From contig CALWGC010000022.1 of the NCBI GenBank assembly GCA_944378105.1, positions 96,944 through 160,943 of the forward strand: a stretch of DNA of 64,000 nt, given 5' to 3'. A program made the translations under genes and the position numbers. Each line of letters opens with the position of its first letter. The first letter of the stretch is position 1. Source of the stretch: an uncultured Clostridia bacterium (lineage in GTDB: Bacteria; Bacillota; Clostridia; Lachnospirales; Anaerotignaceae). The notes below the pieces were generated by a model. That model worked only from the letters and a program-made list of their open reading frames with translations, was not told the DNA's origin and did no database searches. Shown piece after piece: positions 18,120 to 25,929 of this stretch.

Positions 18120-19292
18120 TTATTTTTGGATGATGCCGCTTTTTGCGATATCTTCCACCATTTCTTTGATTTCGTCCACCGTCTTTACCATGGCCAGACG
18201 CACATACCCTTCTCCCAAGGGACCAAATACGCTGCCAGGCACACAAAAGACGCCGGCTTTATCAATCAAATCCAACACAAACTGTTCCGAATTGGTGTAT
18301 CCTTTGGGCAATGGTCCCCAGGCAAACATGGTACCTTCCGACCAAACGCCTTCCCAGCCGATTTCGGAGAGGCCATTGCAAAGGGCATCTCTTCTTTTTT
18401 GATACTCTGCCCGGTTTCTAATCACCATGTCCTGTGGCCCCGTCAGTGCTGCCACGGCGGCGGCCTGTACCGGTTTAAAGATGCCATAGTCAATCTGGCT
18501 TCTCAACTTCTGAAATTCCCGAATGATGTCCCGGTTGCCTAACGCAAAAGAGATCCGGGCCCCCGTCAAGTTATAGCCTTTGGAAAGGGAATTAAATTCA
18601 ATCCCCACTTCTTTGGCCCCTTCCATGGCCAGGAAAGAGAACCCTTCTTTACCGTCAAAGACAATTTCCGAATAGGCATTGTCGTGCAAAATCACAATGT
18701 TATATTTTTTGGCAAAGGCAATCAAATCGGTATAAAATTCCTTTGGCGCCAAACGGCAAATGGGGTTGGCCGGATAGGAAACCACCATGGCTTTTGCCGC
18801 CTTGGCAATTTCTGGGTCAATGGCATCAAAGTCGATGAGATAGCCGTTTTCTTCTTTCAAGTCATAATGTACAATTTTTGCGCCATTTAACATGGGCCCC
18901 ATGGAGAAGATGGGATAGCCTGGGTTTGGCGTCAAAACAATGTCGCCTGGGTTACAAAGCACCATCCCAATGCGGCTTAAGCCTTCCTGGGAGCCATATA
19001 AGGACATAATTTCGTCTGCTTCCAACGTCACGCCATACCGGTTTTTGTACCATCCCTGTACGGCCGCCACCAGTTCGTCGGTATCTGAAATGGCATATTT
19101 ATAATTTTGAGGATCGCGAGAAGCTTCCGTCAACGCTTCCATCACATGGGCATCGGGCAAAAAGTCAGGCGTACCCACAGAAAGGTCATAGCATTTTTTT
19201 CCTTCCGCCAGACGCTGTTTTTTGATTTTCGCCAATGTGGTAAAAATCCCTTCTTTAAATTCCTGCATCCGATCTGCAAATTGAATTTCCAT
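18120..19292 (-). CDS. Class I/II pyridoxal-phosphate-dependent aminotransferase
   Basis: 390 aa. PLP-lysine motif SLSKGYNLTGARI. Also has the NPGYP and YPANP motifs of aspartate / LL-DAP-type aminotransferases. Confidence 0.85.
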   Translation of the reverse strand: MEIQFADRMQEFKEGIFTTLAKIKKQRLAEGKKCYDLSVGTPDFLPDAHVMEALTEASRDPQNYKYAISDTDELVAAVQGWYKNRYGVTLEADEIMSLYGSQEGLSRIGMVLCNPGDIVLTPNPGYPIFSMGPMLNGAKIVHYDLKEENGYLIDFDAIDPEIAKAAKAMVVSYPANPICRLAPKEFYTDLIAFAKKYNIVILHDNAYSEIVFDGKEGFSFLAMEGAKEVGIEFNSLSKGYNLTGARISFALGNRDIIREFQKLRSQIDYGIFKPVQAAAVAALTGPQDMVIRNRAEYQKRRDALCNGLSEIGWEGVWSEGTMFAWGPLPKGYTNSEQFVLDLIDKAGVFCVPGSVFGPLGEGYVRLAMVKTVDEIKEMVEDIAKSGIIQK

Positions 19293-19379
19293 TGTTTCCG
19301 AACCTCCTTCATCTCTTACGGATGAAACTAAGTATAGCTTGTTTTTGGAAGCAGTGCAAGTTTTTTCTTTGTATTTGTC

Positions 19380-20378
19380 TTATTTTCGAAAATGAGGGGC
19401 GTATTTTGCCGCCAGGAAAATGGCTTCTTCCATGCTGACTGCACTGGCCAAGTTGGTGCCGGCAATGTCCATGGCCGTGCCATGGTCCACAGAGGTACGC
19501 AAAATAGGCATGCCACAGGTGATGGAGATGGTTCGCTCAAAATCCAGTGTTTTGGTGGCGATATGCCCTTGGTCGTGATAGAGGGAAAGAACGCTGTTAT
19601 AGCGGCCCTTTAAGGCCAGGTGGAACACCGAGTCGGCCCCGATGGGCCCAACCACATCCACGCCTTGTTTTTGCAGCGCCTCCACCGCCGGCGTCACTGC
19701 CTCCACTTCTTCCATCCCAAAAAGCCCGTGTTCGCCGCTGTGGGGGTTTAACCCTGCCACGGCCATGGTTCCTTCGGTCACCCCCAAAGAAGCCAACGCC
19801 TCTTTGCAGCGCACCACATAATCCATCACCCGCTCCTTGGTCACCATGGTACAAGCTTTTTGCAGCGAAACATGGCGGCTTAAAAAGAACACCCGTAATC
19901 CCCGCACTTCAAACATGGTCAAAGGGTCTTTGGTCTGGGTCAAAGCGCCAAAAATTTCCGTATGCCCAATGAAGGGAACGCCTGCTGCCTTGAGGGCTTC
20001 TTTATTGATGGGTGTGGTGGCTACGGCATCCACTTGGCCTTCCATGGCCAAAGAAACCGCCTTTTCGATATATTCATAGGCCGCCCGGCCGCACATGGCC
20101 TGGATTTGTCCCCGGACAAACTGGCTTTGGTCAATGTTGGCGCAATCCATCAAGAAAATCACATCTTTGTCGTCCCTGGCTTCCCTCGCCTCTTGAATGA
20201 GACAAAGGGGAAGTGTCACCCCTGTGATCGCCTTGGCCTCTTCCATCACATTTCGATCTCCCACAACCACGCAATGGGCCGCTTGACGCACCTTTGGATT
20301 GGCCAAAGCTTTGACCACAATCTCTGGCCCAATCCCGGCCGCATCCCCCATGGGAATGGCAATGAGCGGTTTCATCAT
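19380..20378 (-). CDS. PdxA-family NAD(P)-dependent dehydrogenase (4-hydroxythreonine-4-phosphate dehydrogenase-like; PdxA2-type paralog is possible)
   Basis: 332 aa. N-terminus [15 protein letters not shown], with the FIGHTEIF and [12 protein letters not shown] motifs characteristic of PdxA. Confidence 0.8.
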   Translation of the reverse strand: MMKPLIAIPMGDAAGIGPEIVVKALANPKVRQAAHCVVVGDRNVMEEAKAITGVTLPLCLIQEAREARDDKDVIFLMDCANIDQSQFVRGQIQAMCGRAAYEYIEKAVSLAMEGQVDAVATTPINKEALKAAGVPFIGHTEIFGALTQTKDPLTMFEVRGLRVFFLSRHVSLQKACTMVTKERVMDYVVRCKEALASLGVTEGTMAVAGLNPHSGEHGLFGMEEVEAVTPAVEALQKQGVDVVGPIGADSVFHLALKGRYNSVLSLYHDQGHIATKTLDFERTISITCGMPILRTSVDHGTAMDIAGTNLASAVSMEEAIFLAAKYAPHFRK

Positions 20379-20420
20379 ATCAACACCTCTGTTTCGTAAA
20401 AATTGGTTTCATTCTATCAT

Positions 20421-20453
20421 AAAATTTGCAATAGGGAAAGAAAAAATTTGCAA
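20421..20453. promoter_or_regulatory. Direct repeat AAAATTTGCAA x2 (22-bp period) upstream of the PdxA-family gene; possible operator or promoter element
   Basis: Exact 11-nt copies at 20421-20431 and 20443-20453. They lie between the uxaA terminator and the start at 20378. A TGaTAGAAT extended -10 follows on the minus strand. Confidence 0.35.
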
Positions 20454-20526
20454 AAAGAAAAAACCGTCAAAAAAATTCTCCTCTTGTACCCATCGATCCT
20501 TTGGGACAACAGTTTTTTGACGGTTT
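20452..20526 (-). terminator. Intrinsic terminator after the UxaA large subunit gene
   Basis: 14-bp stem AAACCGTCAAAAAA (20461-20474) / TTTTTTGACGGTTT (20513-20526), then UUUUUUCUUUUU on the minus strand. Confidence 0.6.
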
Positions 20527-20555
20527 CCTGCTTCTTTCTTTGTCTGAAAACAAAC

Positions 20556-21716
20556 TTAAATGAATTTACAAATCCGCTGCATGGAGCATTCGTTAAACCC
20601 AAAGGCTTCGGCCTTGGTCACTTTGCCGTTGGCCACGGCCACCAGCTCTTCAAACAGCGCCTGTCCACATTGATCAATGGTCTGTTCGCCGCTGAGCACC
20701 ACACTGGCATCAAAATCGATGTTGTCCTTCATTCTCTGGAAGGTTTTGCTGTTGCCGGTCACTTTGATGACGGGGGCAATGATATTGCCGGTGGGGGTAC
20801 CGCGCCCGGTGGTGAAAATAATGGCTTGGGCGCCGCCGGCCACCATGGCCGTCACACTGGCCACATCAAAACCTGGGCTATCCATAATGAGGGCCCCTTT
20901 TTTCGTTGGCATCTGGGCATATTCCAACACTTCCACAATGGGACGAGAACCGCCTTTATAGATACAACCAAGGGATTTTTCTTCGATGGTAGAAATGCCG
21001 CCTTCTTTATTGCCAGGGGTTGGCTGGCCGGTGCGCAGGTTTTGGTTGACATTGGCCAAATGTTCTTCCAAGTCTTTACAGATACCAATGATCTGCTTTT
21101 TGATTTCTGGTGTAGCTGCCCGTTTGGCCAAAATGTGTTCGGCGCCGATAAATTCTGTGGTTTCGCTCATCACGGCCGACCCACCTGCATCCACCAGGCG
21201 GTCGGAGACATTGCCCACTACGGGGTTTGCCGCCAGGCCGCTGGTGGCGTCGCTGCCGCCGCATTCCACGCCTAAAAACAGCTCGCTTAACGGAAATTCT
21301 TTTTTCTGTACCAAAGAAGCATCCTGCACCATTTTTCTGGCAGCCTTCACCGCTTTATTGATGGTGTTCACGGTGCCGCCTTCTTCTTGAATGACGAACA
21401 CTTCCAAAGGTTTGTTGGTCTTTTTCAAAATGGCTTCTTTCATGCTCTCTGGCGTACAGCCTTCACAGCCCAAACCGATCATTACGGTGCCATAAATGTT
21501 GGGATTGGCCGCAAAGCCGGAATACATTTCCGTACAAATTTTCAAATTTTCTTCCACTTCCGAACAACCGGCGGTGTTTCCCACATAACAAGTGCCTTCC
21601 ACCTGTTCCGATACAATCCGGCAAGTTTCCTGGGAGCAGGCACAAGTGGGCAAAATCAATACTTTGTTTCGAATTCCCACCCGGCCATCCGGTCTTTCAT
21701 ATCCAAAAAAGTTCAT
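20556..21716 (-). CDS. UxaA-family dehydratase, large (C-terminal domain) subunit
   Basis: ORF trimmed to MNFFGYERPDGRVGIRNKVLILPTCAC, a typical altronate/galactarate dehydratase-family start. Confidence 0.8.
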   Translation of the reverse strand: MNFFGYERPDGRVGIRNKVLILPTCACSQETCRIVSEQVEGTCYVGNTAGCSEVEENLKICTEMYSGFAANPNIYGTVMIGLGCEGCTPESMKEAILKKTNKPLEVFVIQEEGGTVNTINKAVKAARKMVQDASLVQKKEFPLSELFLGVECGGSDATSGLAANPVVGNVSDRLVDAGGSAVMSETTEFIGAEHILAKRAATPEIKKQIIGICKDLEEHLANVNQNLRTGQPTPGNKEGGISTIEEKSLGCIYKGGSRPIVEVLEYAQMPTKKGALIMDSPGFDVASVTAMVAGGAQAIIFTTGRGTPTGNIIAPVIKVTGNSKTFQRMKDNIDFDASVVLSGEQTIDQCGQALFEELVAVANGKVTKAEAFGFNECSMQRICKFI

Positions 21717-21733
21717 GCAAAGGCACTCCTTTC

Positions 21734-22027
21734 TCAACATTCCTCGTCGTAGTTTCTAGGCAGAGAACGCACATTTTTGTGGCTGATCCAATCGCCCTTT
21801 TTTGCGTCGCTCATCATGGCCCCAATCACCTGGCCGTATTTGATGACCTCTTCTCCGTCTTTGAGGTCCACCACAGCCACTTTGTGAAACGCCGGTACCT
21901 CTTCCCTGGCCTCTACTTCCACCTCTTGGCCTTCTTTTTGGTAAAACACCGTGTCTCCTGCATGAACATCATCCACCACTGTCACAACCTTGTCCACCGG
22001 TTGCAATAGAATTGCTCTGATCCGCAT
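21734..22027 (-). CDS. UxaA-family dehydratase, small SAF-domain subunit
   Basis: ORF trimmed to MRIRAILLQPVDKVVTVVDDVHAGDTV (RBS AAGGAGGG), a SAF-like N-terminal domain. Ends 17 nt upstream of the large subunit. Confidence 0.75.
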   Translation of the reverse strand: MRIRAILLQPVDKVVTVVDDVHAGDTVFYQKEGQEVEVEAREEVPAFHKVAVVDLKDGEEVIKYGQVIGAMMSDAKKGDWISHKNVRSLPRNYDEEC

Positions 22028-22300
22028 GGGATTTCCCTCCTTGTCTCGTCCATTCCATCGGGTGCTTGTTTCTTTCATTATAACGAAGGGACGGACGGTT
22101 TTCAAGTATTTTCGTATTATTTTTTCTGCTATATTTGTATTTCCGTTTTTTTATTACGTTTTTTCCTTCTTTTTCTCCATTGCGTATTCTTTTTACGATT
22201 AGGAAAACAAAACCGTTTGCTTAAGTTTTCAAAATCCCTTGCACTTTTCGCCTTCCTTTAGTACCATAAAAAAAAGAAAAAAAAGAAACGGAGGTTTTCC

Positions 22301-23437
22301 ATGTTATTTCACAAATACGCCCCCTTATTGCTTGTTGTCGGCTGTCTCATGAGCGGTTGTGCATCGGATGCCATTCCTTCGCCCAAAGACCGCCTTTCTG
22401 CCATAGAAAGCGGAGAAGTGACGCTGGAAGAGGCGGAAGAAAAAGGTTGGATGGATGAAGCCTTTACCAAATACTATCAAGCAGCCCATCCTTTTGCATT
22501 AAAAGTGCCCGCTGCCGCCACTTCTTATGCCTTTCCCGCTTTGGGACTGACCCTTTCTTTCTCTGAAGACTGGAGCATAGCCCAGCAAAACGGGGAAATT
22601 TGGATGTACTATACTGCTTCCGACGATGGCACCAACGCCTGCGTCTATTTCCAAGAAGGCACGCCGCCCAAAGACTTGCTTTCTATGACAGATTACGAAG
22701 ATTGGCTTGCCACCTCCACCCCCATCGGGGCCATTGGCTTTGCCCCGGCCGGACAGGAGGGCATCGATTTGCCTTATATTGAAACCATGTATACTTCTGC
22801 GCCCACATTGGCCGGACAGACCACAGACAATCGCCAAGTCTGCTATGTCTATGTAAACCCCGATAGTGCCTATGCCGATTTGTTTGCCAAACGGACCATC
22901 CTTTTTGAAACCCCAACCCAGCCCGACCAAACGGCCGCCTTTGGCTATCTGGATAGTCCACATTTGGTTACAGACCTGGGCGACTTTACGGCCCAGTCCC
23001 TCCAAGGGCAATGGTATAACGGCAATTTGTTTGCCCAAGCCGATTTGACCATGGTCAATGTCTGGGCCACCTTCTGTGGCTATTGCATCGACGAAATGCC
23101 GGCCTTGGAAGAAATCAGCCAGGAAATGCAACAAAAAGGCGCCTCCTTCCAGATTGTTGGCATCTGTATGGACGTCACCCCCGAAGGCCCTGTGGATGAA
23201 GCACAACTCAACAAAGCTCTTGCCATTGAAGAAGCCACCGGTGTCACCTATGTTTCTTTGATTCCCGATGAAACCATGCTCCAAGGCCCTGTGGGCACCA
23301 TCCAAAACCTGCCCACCACCTTTTTTGTGGACCGCCAGGGCCACATCACAGGCCAGGCCTATGCCGGGGCCAACGACAAAGAATCGTGGCAAGAAATCAT
23401 TGACGCCCATCTATCCTTGGTGGAAGGAGCGGAATAA
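22301..23437 (+). CDS. Lipoprotein with a C-terminal TlpA/redoxin-type thioredoxin fold (thiol-disulfide oxidoreductase)
   Basis: 378 aa. Lipobox LMSGC. The N-terminal ~230 aa is an unknown domain. C-terminal part has VNVWATFCGYCIDEMPALEEI (CXXC) and PTTFFVDRQG (cis-Pro loop). Confidence 0.8.
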   Translation: MLFHKYAPLLLVVGCLMSGCASDAIPSPKDRLSAIESGEVTLEEAEEKGWMDEAFTKYYQAAHPFALKVPAAATSYAFPALGLTLSFSEDWSIAQQNGEIWMYYTASDDGTNACVYFQEGTPPKDLLSMTDYEDWLATSTPIGAIGFAPAGQEGIDLPYIETMYTSAPTLAGQTTDNRQVCYVYVNPDSAYADLFAKRTILFETPTQPDQTAAFGYLDSPHLVTDLGDFTAQSLQGQWYNGNLFAQADLTMVNVWATFCGYCIDEMPALEEISQEMQQKGASFQIVGICMDVTPEGPVDEAQLNKALAIEEATGVTYVSLIPDETMLQGPVGTIQNLPTTFFVDRQGHITGQAYAGANDKESWQEIIDAHLSLVEGAE

Positions 23438-23440
23438 TTG

Positions 23441-23578
23441 ATGAAAAAAACTCAGGTATCGATTTTGCTTTTGCTCTTTGGCTGTTTTTGCCTGGGAGCA
23501 GGATGGCTGCGGGGAGAAAATAGCGTGATTTTGGCAAAAGCCATTCGCATTTGTTTGGAGTGTGTTGGCATTGGATAA
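23441..23578 (+). CDS. 45-aa single-pass membrane mini-protein with a C-terminal CXXC (CD1871A-type)
   Basis: Below the ORF-track size cutoff. The ATG is 3 nt after the tlpA-like stop. Sequence is MKKTQVSILLLLFGCFCLGAGWLRGENSVILAKAIRICLECVGIG. I recall the ...C-x-E-C-[VI]-G-I-G end as the CD1871A family signature. Confidence 0.7.
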   Translation: MKKTQVSILLLLFGCFCLGAGWLRGENSVILAKAIRICLECVGIG

Positions 23579-24422
23579 AGAAAAAAAATCGGAACGAAAA
23601 CGACTGACTATACAGCTTCTTTGGACCCTCATCACCAACGCCTTTGTGGTTGGCTTTGCCCGGGGCGCCATCTACCAAGGAAAGCTAAAAAGCGTCTGTG
23701 TACCGGGGCTAAACTGTTATTCCTGCCCCGGTGCCATCGCCAGCTGCCCCATCGGGGCCTTGCAGGCCGTCCTTGGCAGTTACGAGTTTCGGCTCCCCCT
23801 GTTTGTGACTGGGTTTTTGATCCTCGTTGGCACCATCTGTGGCCGGTTTGTCTGCGGCTTTCTTTGCCCCTTTGGGCTGGTGCAGGATTTGCTCTATCGA
23901 ATTCCCTTTCCCAAAAAGTGGCGTACCTTTCCCTGCGACCGGCCGCTGCGGTTTTTGAAATTTCTAGTTTTGGCCGTGTTTGTGGTGGCTCTGCCCCTTT
24001 TGGTGACCGACCTCATTGGCCAGGGCTATCCCTGGTTTTGTAAACTGATCTGCCCGTCCGGCACACTGATGGGCGGCATTCCTTTGGTCAGCGCCAATGA
24101 AACGTTGCAACAAAGCATTGGAGCGCTGTTTGTTTGGAAGATGGGGCTTTTGCTTTTCTTGTGTCTGTTGGGGGTTGTGCTTTGCCGCCCCTTTTGCCGC
24201 TATCTTTGCCCCCTGGGCGCCATCTATGGCTTGCTGCAACAAGCCTCTTTCTATCGGCTTTCTGTGGACCAAGATGCCTGCATCTCCTGCGGCCAGTGTG
24301 CCCGTGTTTGCCCCATGGCCTGCGAGCCCACCAAACGGCCCAACGATATGGAGTGCATCCGCTGTGGCCGCTGCAAGGCCGCCTGCCCCACAGAGGCCAT
24401 TGAGATTGGATTTCTAAAATAA
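23562..24422 (+). CDS. Polytopic membrane 4Fe-4S binding protein (NapH/NosR/MauN-like)
   Basis: 286 aa. CX3CP motifs CGFLCP, CKLICP and CRYLCP, plus CYSCPGAIASCP. Two ferredoxin motifs, CISCGQCARVCP and CIRCGRCKAACP. The start is uncertain (GTG 23562, TTG 23565 or TTG 23571) and overlaps the mini-ORF. Confidence 0.85.
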   Translation: MLALDKEKKSERKRLTIQLLWTLITNAFVVGFARGAIYQGKLKSVCVPGLNCYSCPGAIASCPIGALQAVLGSYEFRLPLFVTGFLILVGTICGRFVCGFLCPFGLVQDLLYRIPFPKKWRTFPCDRPLRFLKFLVLAVFVVALPLLVTDLIGQGYPWFCKLICPSGTLMGGIPLVSANETLQQSIGALFVWKMGLLLFLCLLGVVLCRPFCRYLCPLGAIYGLLQQASFYRLSVDQDACISCGQCARVCPMACEPTKRPNDMECIRCGRCKAACPTEAIEIGFLK

Positions 24423-24426
24423 AAAA

Positions 24427-24459
24427 AGGTTGTTCGATTGTTTCGAGCAACCTTTTTTT
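24427..24459 (+). terminator. Intrinsic terminator after the 4Fe-4S protein gene
   Basis: Stem AGGTTGTTCGA / TCGAGCAACCT with one G-U pair, followed by TTTTTTT. Confidence 0.65.
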
Positions 24460-24516
24460 GTCACCTTTTTCTCTTTTTTGCCATAGTATGACAAAAAAAG
24501 AAAAGGTGATCGCATC

Positions 24517-25785
24517 ATGCGGACAAAATGGATCCTTTCTCTAGCCGCAGCATTTTGTTTATTGTGTTTCTCCCTTTGGTTTGCCATCCCCTGGGCAGCA
24601 GATGTATCGACGAAACTTCCCGCTGTTTATGTCTGGTGGGTCATCCTTGGCATCGCTTTGCTGCCTGGTTTTTTGATGTTTGCCATGTTTTTTTCCAATG
24701 TGCAGCATCAAAAGCCGGCTTCTTACCCCATCGCATCCGACCCTGTGACCATTTTGCTGTGCGCCCATAATGAAGAAGCAGCCTTGCCTTCCTGTCTGCA
24801 ACATATTTTTGCACAGCAATATGGCGGTTCCATTTCCCTGCTTCTCATTGACAATGCTTCCACCGATCAAACCGCTGCTATTGCCAAAAAAGCGGCCGCC
24901 CAGGCCCCGCCCGGTTTTTCTGTTACCTATCTGTTCTGTCCGCAAAAAGGAAAACACTTTGCCCTCAACGAAGGCCTGCGCCATGTCAAAACCAAACTTT
25001 TTCTCACATTGGATGCCGATACGCTGTTGGAGCCAGAAGCGGTGGAACAAATCGTATCCTGCCTTTTGGCCACCGACAGCGCCTGTACGGCAGGCCATTT
25101 ATTCGTGGCCAATCCACGCCAATCCTTTGTTTCTGCCATGCAGCTTTACGACTATTGGCTCAGCATTGCTGCCGTCAAACGGTTCCAAGGTAGCTACCGT
25201 ACCACCTTGGTGGCCCAAGGCTCTTTCAGTGCCTATCGCACAGAAGCGGTCCGAGAAGTGGGCGGGTGGGATGCTTCTTTTGGAGAAGATATTGTCCTCA
25301 CCTACCGGCTCCTATCCAAAGGCTATGGCTCCACCTATGCCCCAAAGGCCGCAGCCTCCACCATCGTTCCAACCACATGGTCTTCCCTCTTTCGCCAAAG
25401 GAAACGTTGGGCCTACGGCATGCTGGAAGGCCTTTGCACAGTCCCTCTTTTACAACAGCCTTCTTGGTATAGCCGCTATTTTGTACTGGTCAATTGTCTG
25501 ATTCCTGTTTTAGACTTGGCCTATTTGACAGGTTTTTTGCCTGGTGTCGTTCTTTGGGACCTAGGCTATCCCTATTTTGTGGGGCTTTATACCTTGTTTT
25601 CTCTGCTGTTAGGCGCTCTGTTATGGACTGCGGCCTATGGGTTCCAGAAAAAATTGAACCTGCCATTTCAAAATCATGCCATCGGCTTTCTTGGTTTTTT
25701 ACTGTTTTTCCAAACCATCAGCTCCATGGCCGCCGTCAGTGGCTATCTCCAATTTTTGCTTTCCCGAAGAAACATGCACTGGTAG
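24517..25785 (+). CDS. Membrane-embedded family-2 glycosyltransferase, processive beta-polysaccharide-synthase type (PgaC / cellulose / chitin synthase-like)
   Basis: 422 aa. N- and C-terminal TM segments surround a GT-A domain with LLIDNAS, LDADT (DxD) and FRQRKRWAYG (Q-x-x-R-W). Confidence 0.85.
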   Translation: MRTKWILSLAAAFCLLCFSLWFAIPWAADVSTKLPAVYVWWVILGIALLPGFLMFAMFFSNVQHQKPASYPIASDPVTILLCAHNEEAALPSCLQHIFAQQYGGSISLLLIDNASTDQTAAIAKKAAAQAPPGFSVTYLFCPQKGKHFALNEGLRHVKTKLFLTLDADTLLEPEAVEQIVSCLLATDSACTAGHLFVANPRQSFVSAMQLYDYWLSIAAVKRFQGSYRTTLVAQGSFSAYRTEAVREVGGWDASFGEDIVLTYRLLSKGYGSTYAPKAAASTIVPTTWSSLFRQRKRWAYGMLEGLCTVPLLQQPSWYSRYFVLVNCLIPVLDLAYLTGFLPGVVLWDLGYPYFVGLYTLFSLLLGALLWTAAYGFQKKLNLPFQNHAIGFLGFLLFFQTISSMAAVSGYLQFLLSRRNMHW

Positions 25786-25850
25786 CCCGTTTGCCATACA
25801 AAAACGAACCAAACGCATCTTTCCAAGAAAAAATAACGTTCGGAAAAAAG

Positions 25851-25894
25851 AAACTGGCTGGAATCCTTTCTGTTGCAAGGATTCCAGCCAGTTT
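25851..25894. terminator. Bidirectional intrinsic terminator between convergent genes
   Basis: Perfect 16-bp stem AAACTGGCTGGAATCC / GGATTCCAGCCAGTTT with a 12-nt loop, flanked by A-rich and T-rich runs. Confidence 0.7.
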
Positions 25895-25929
25895 GCTTTC
25901 TTAGAAAACTACGCTGTAACAAATTCTTT

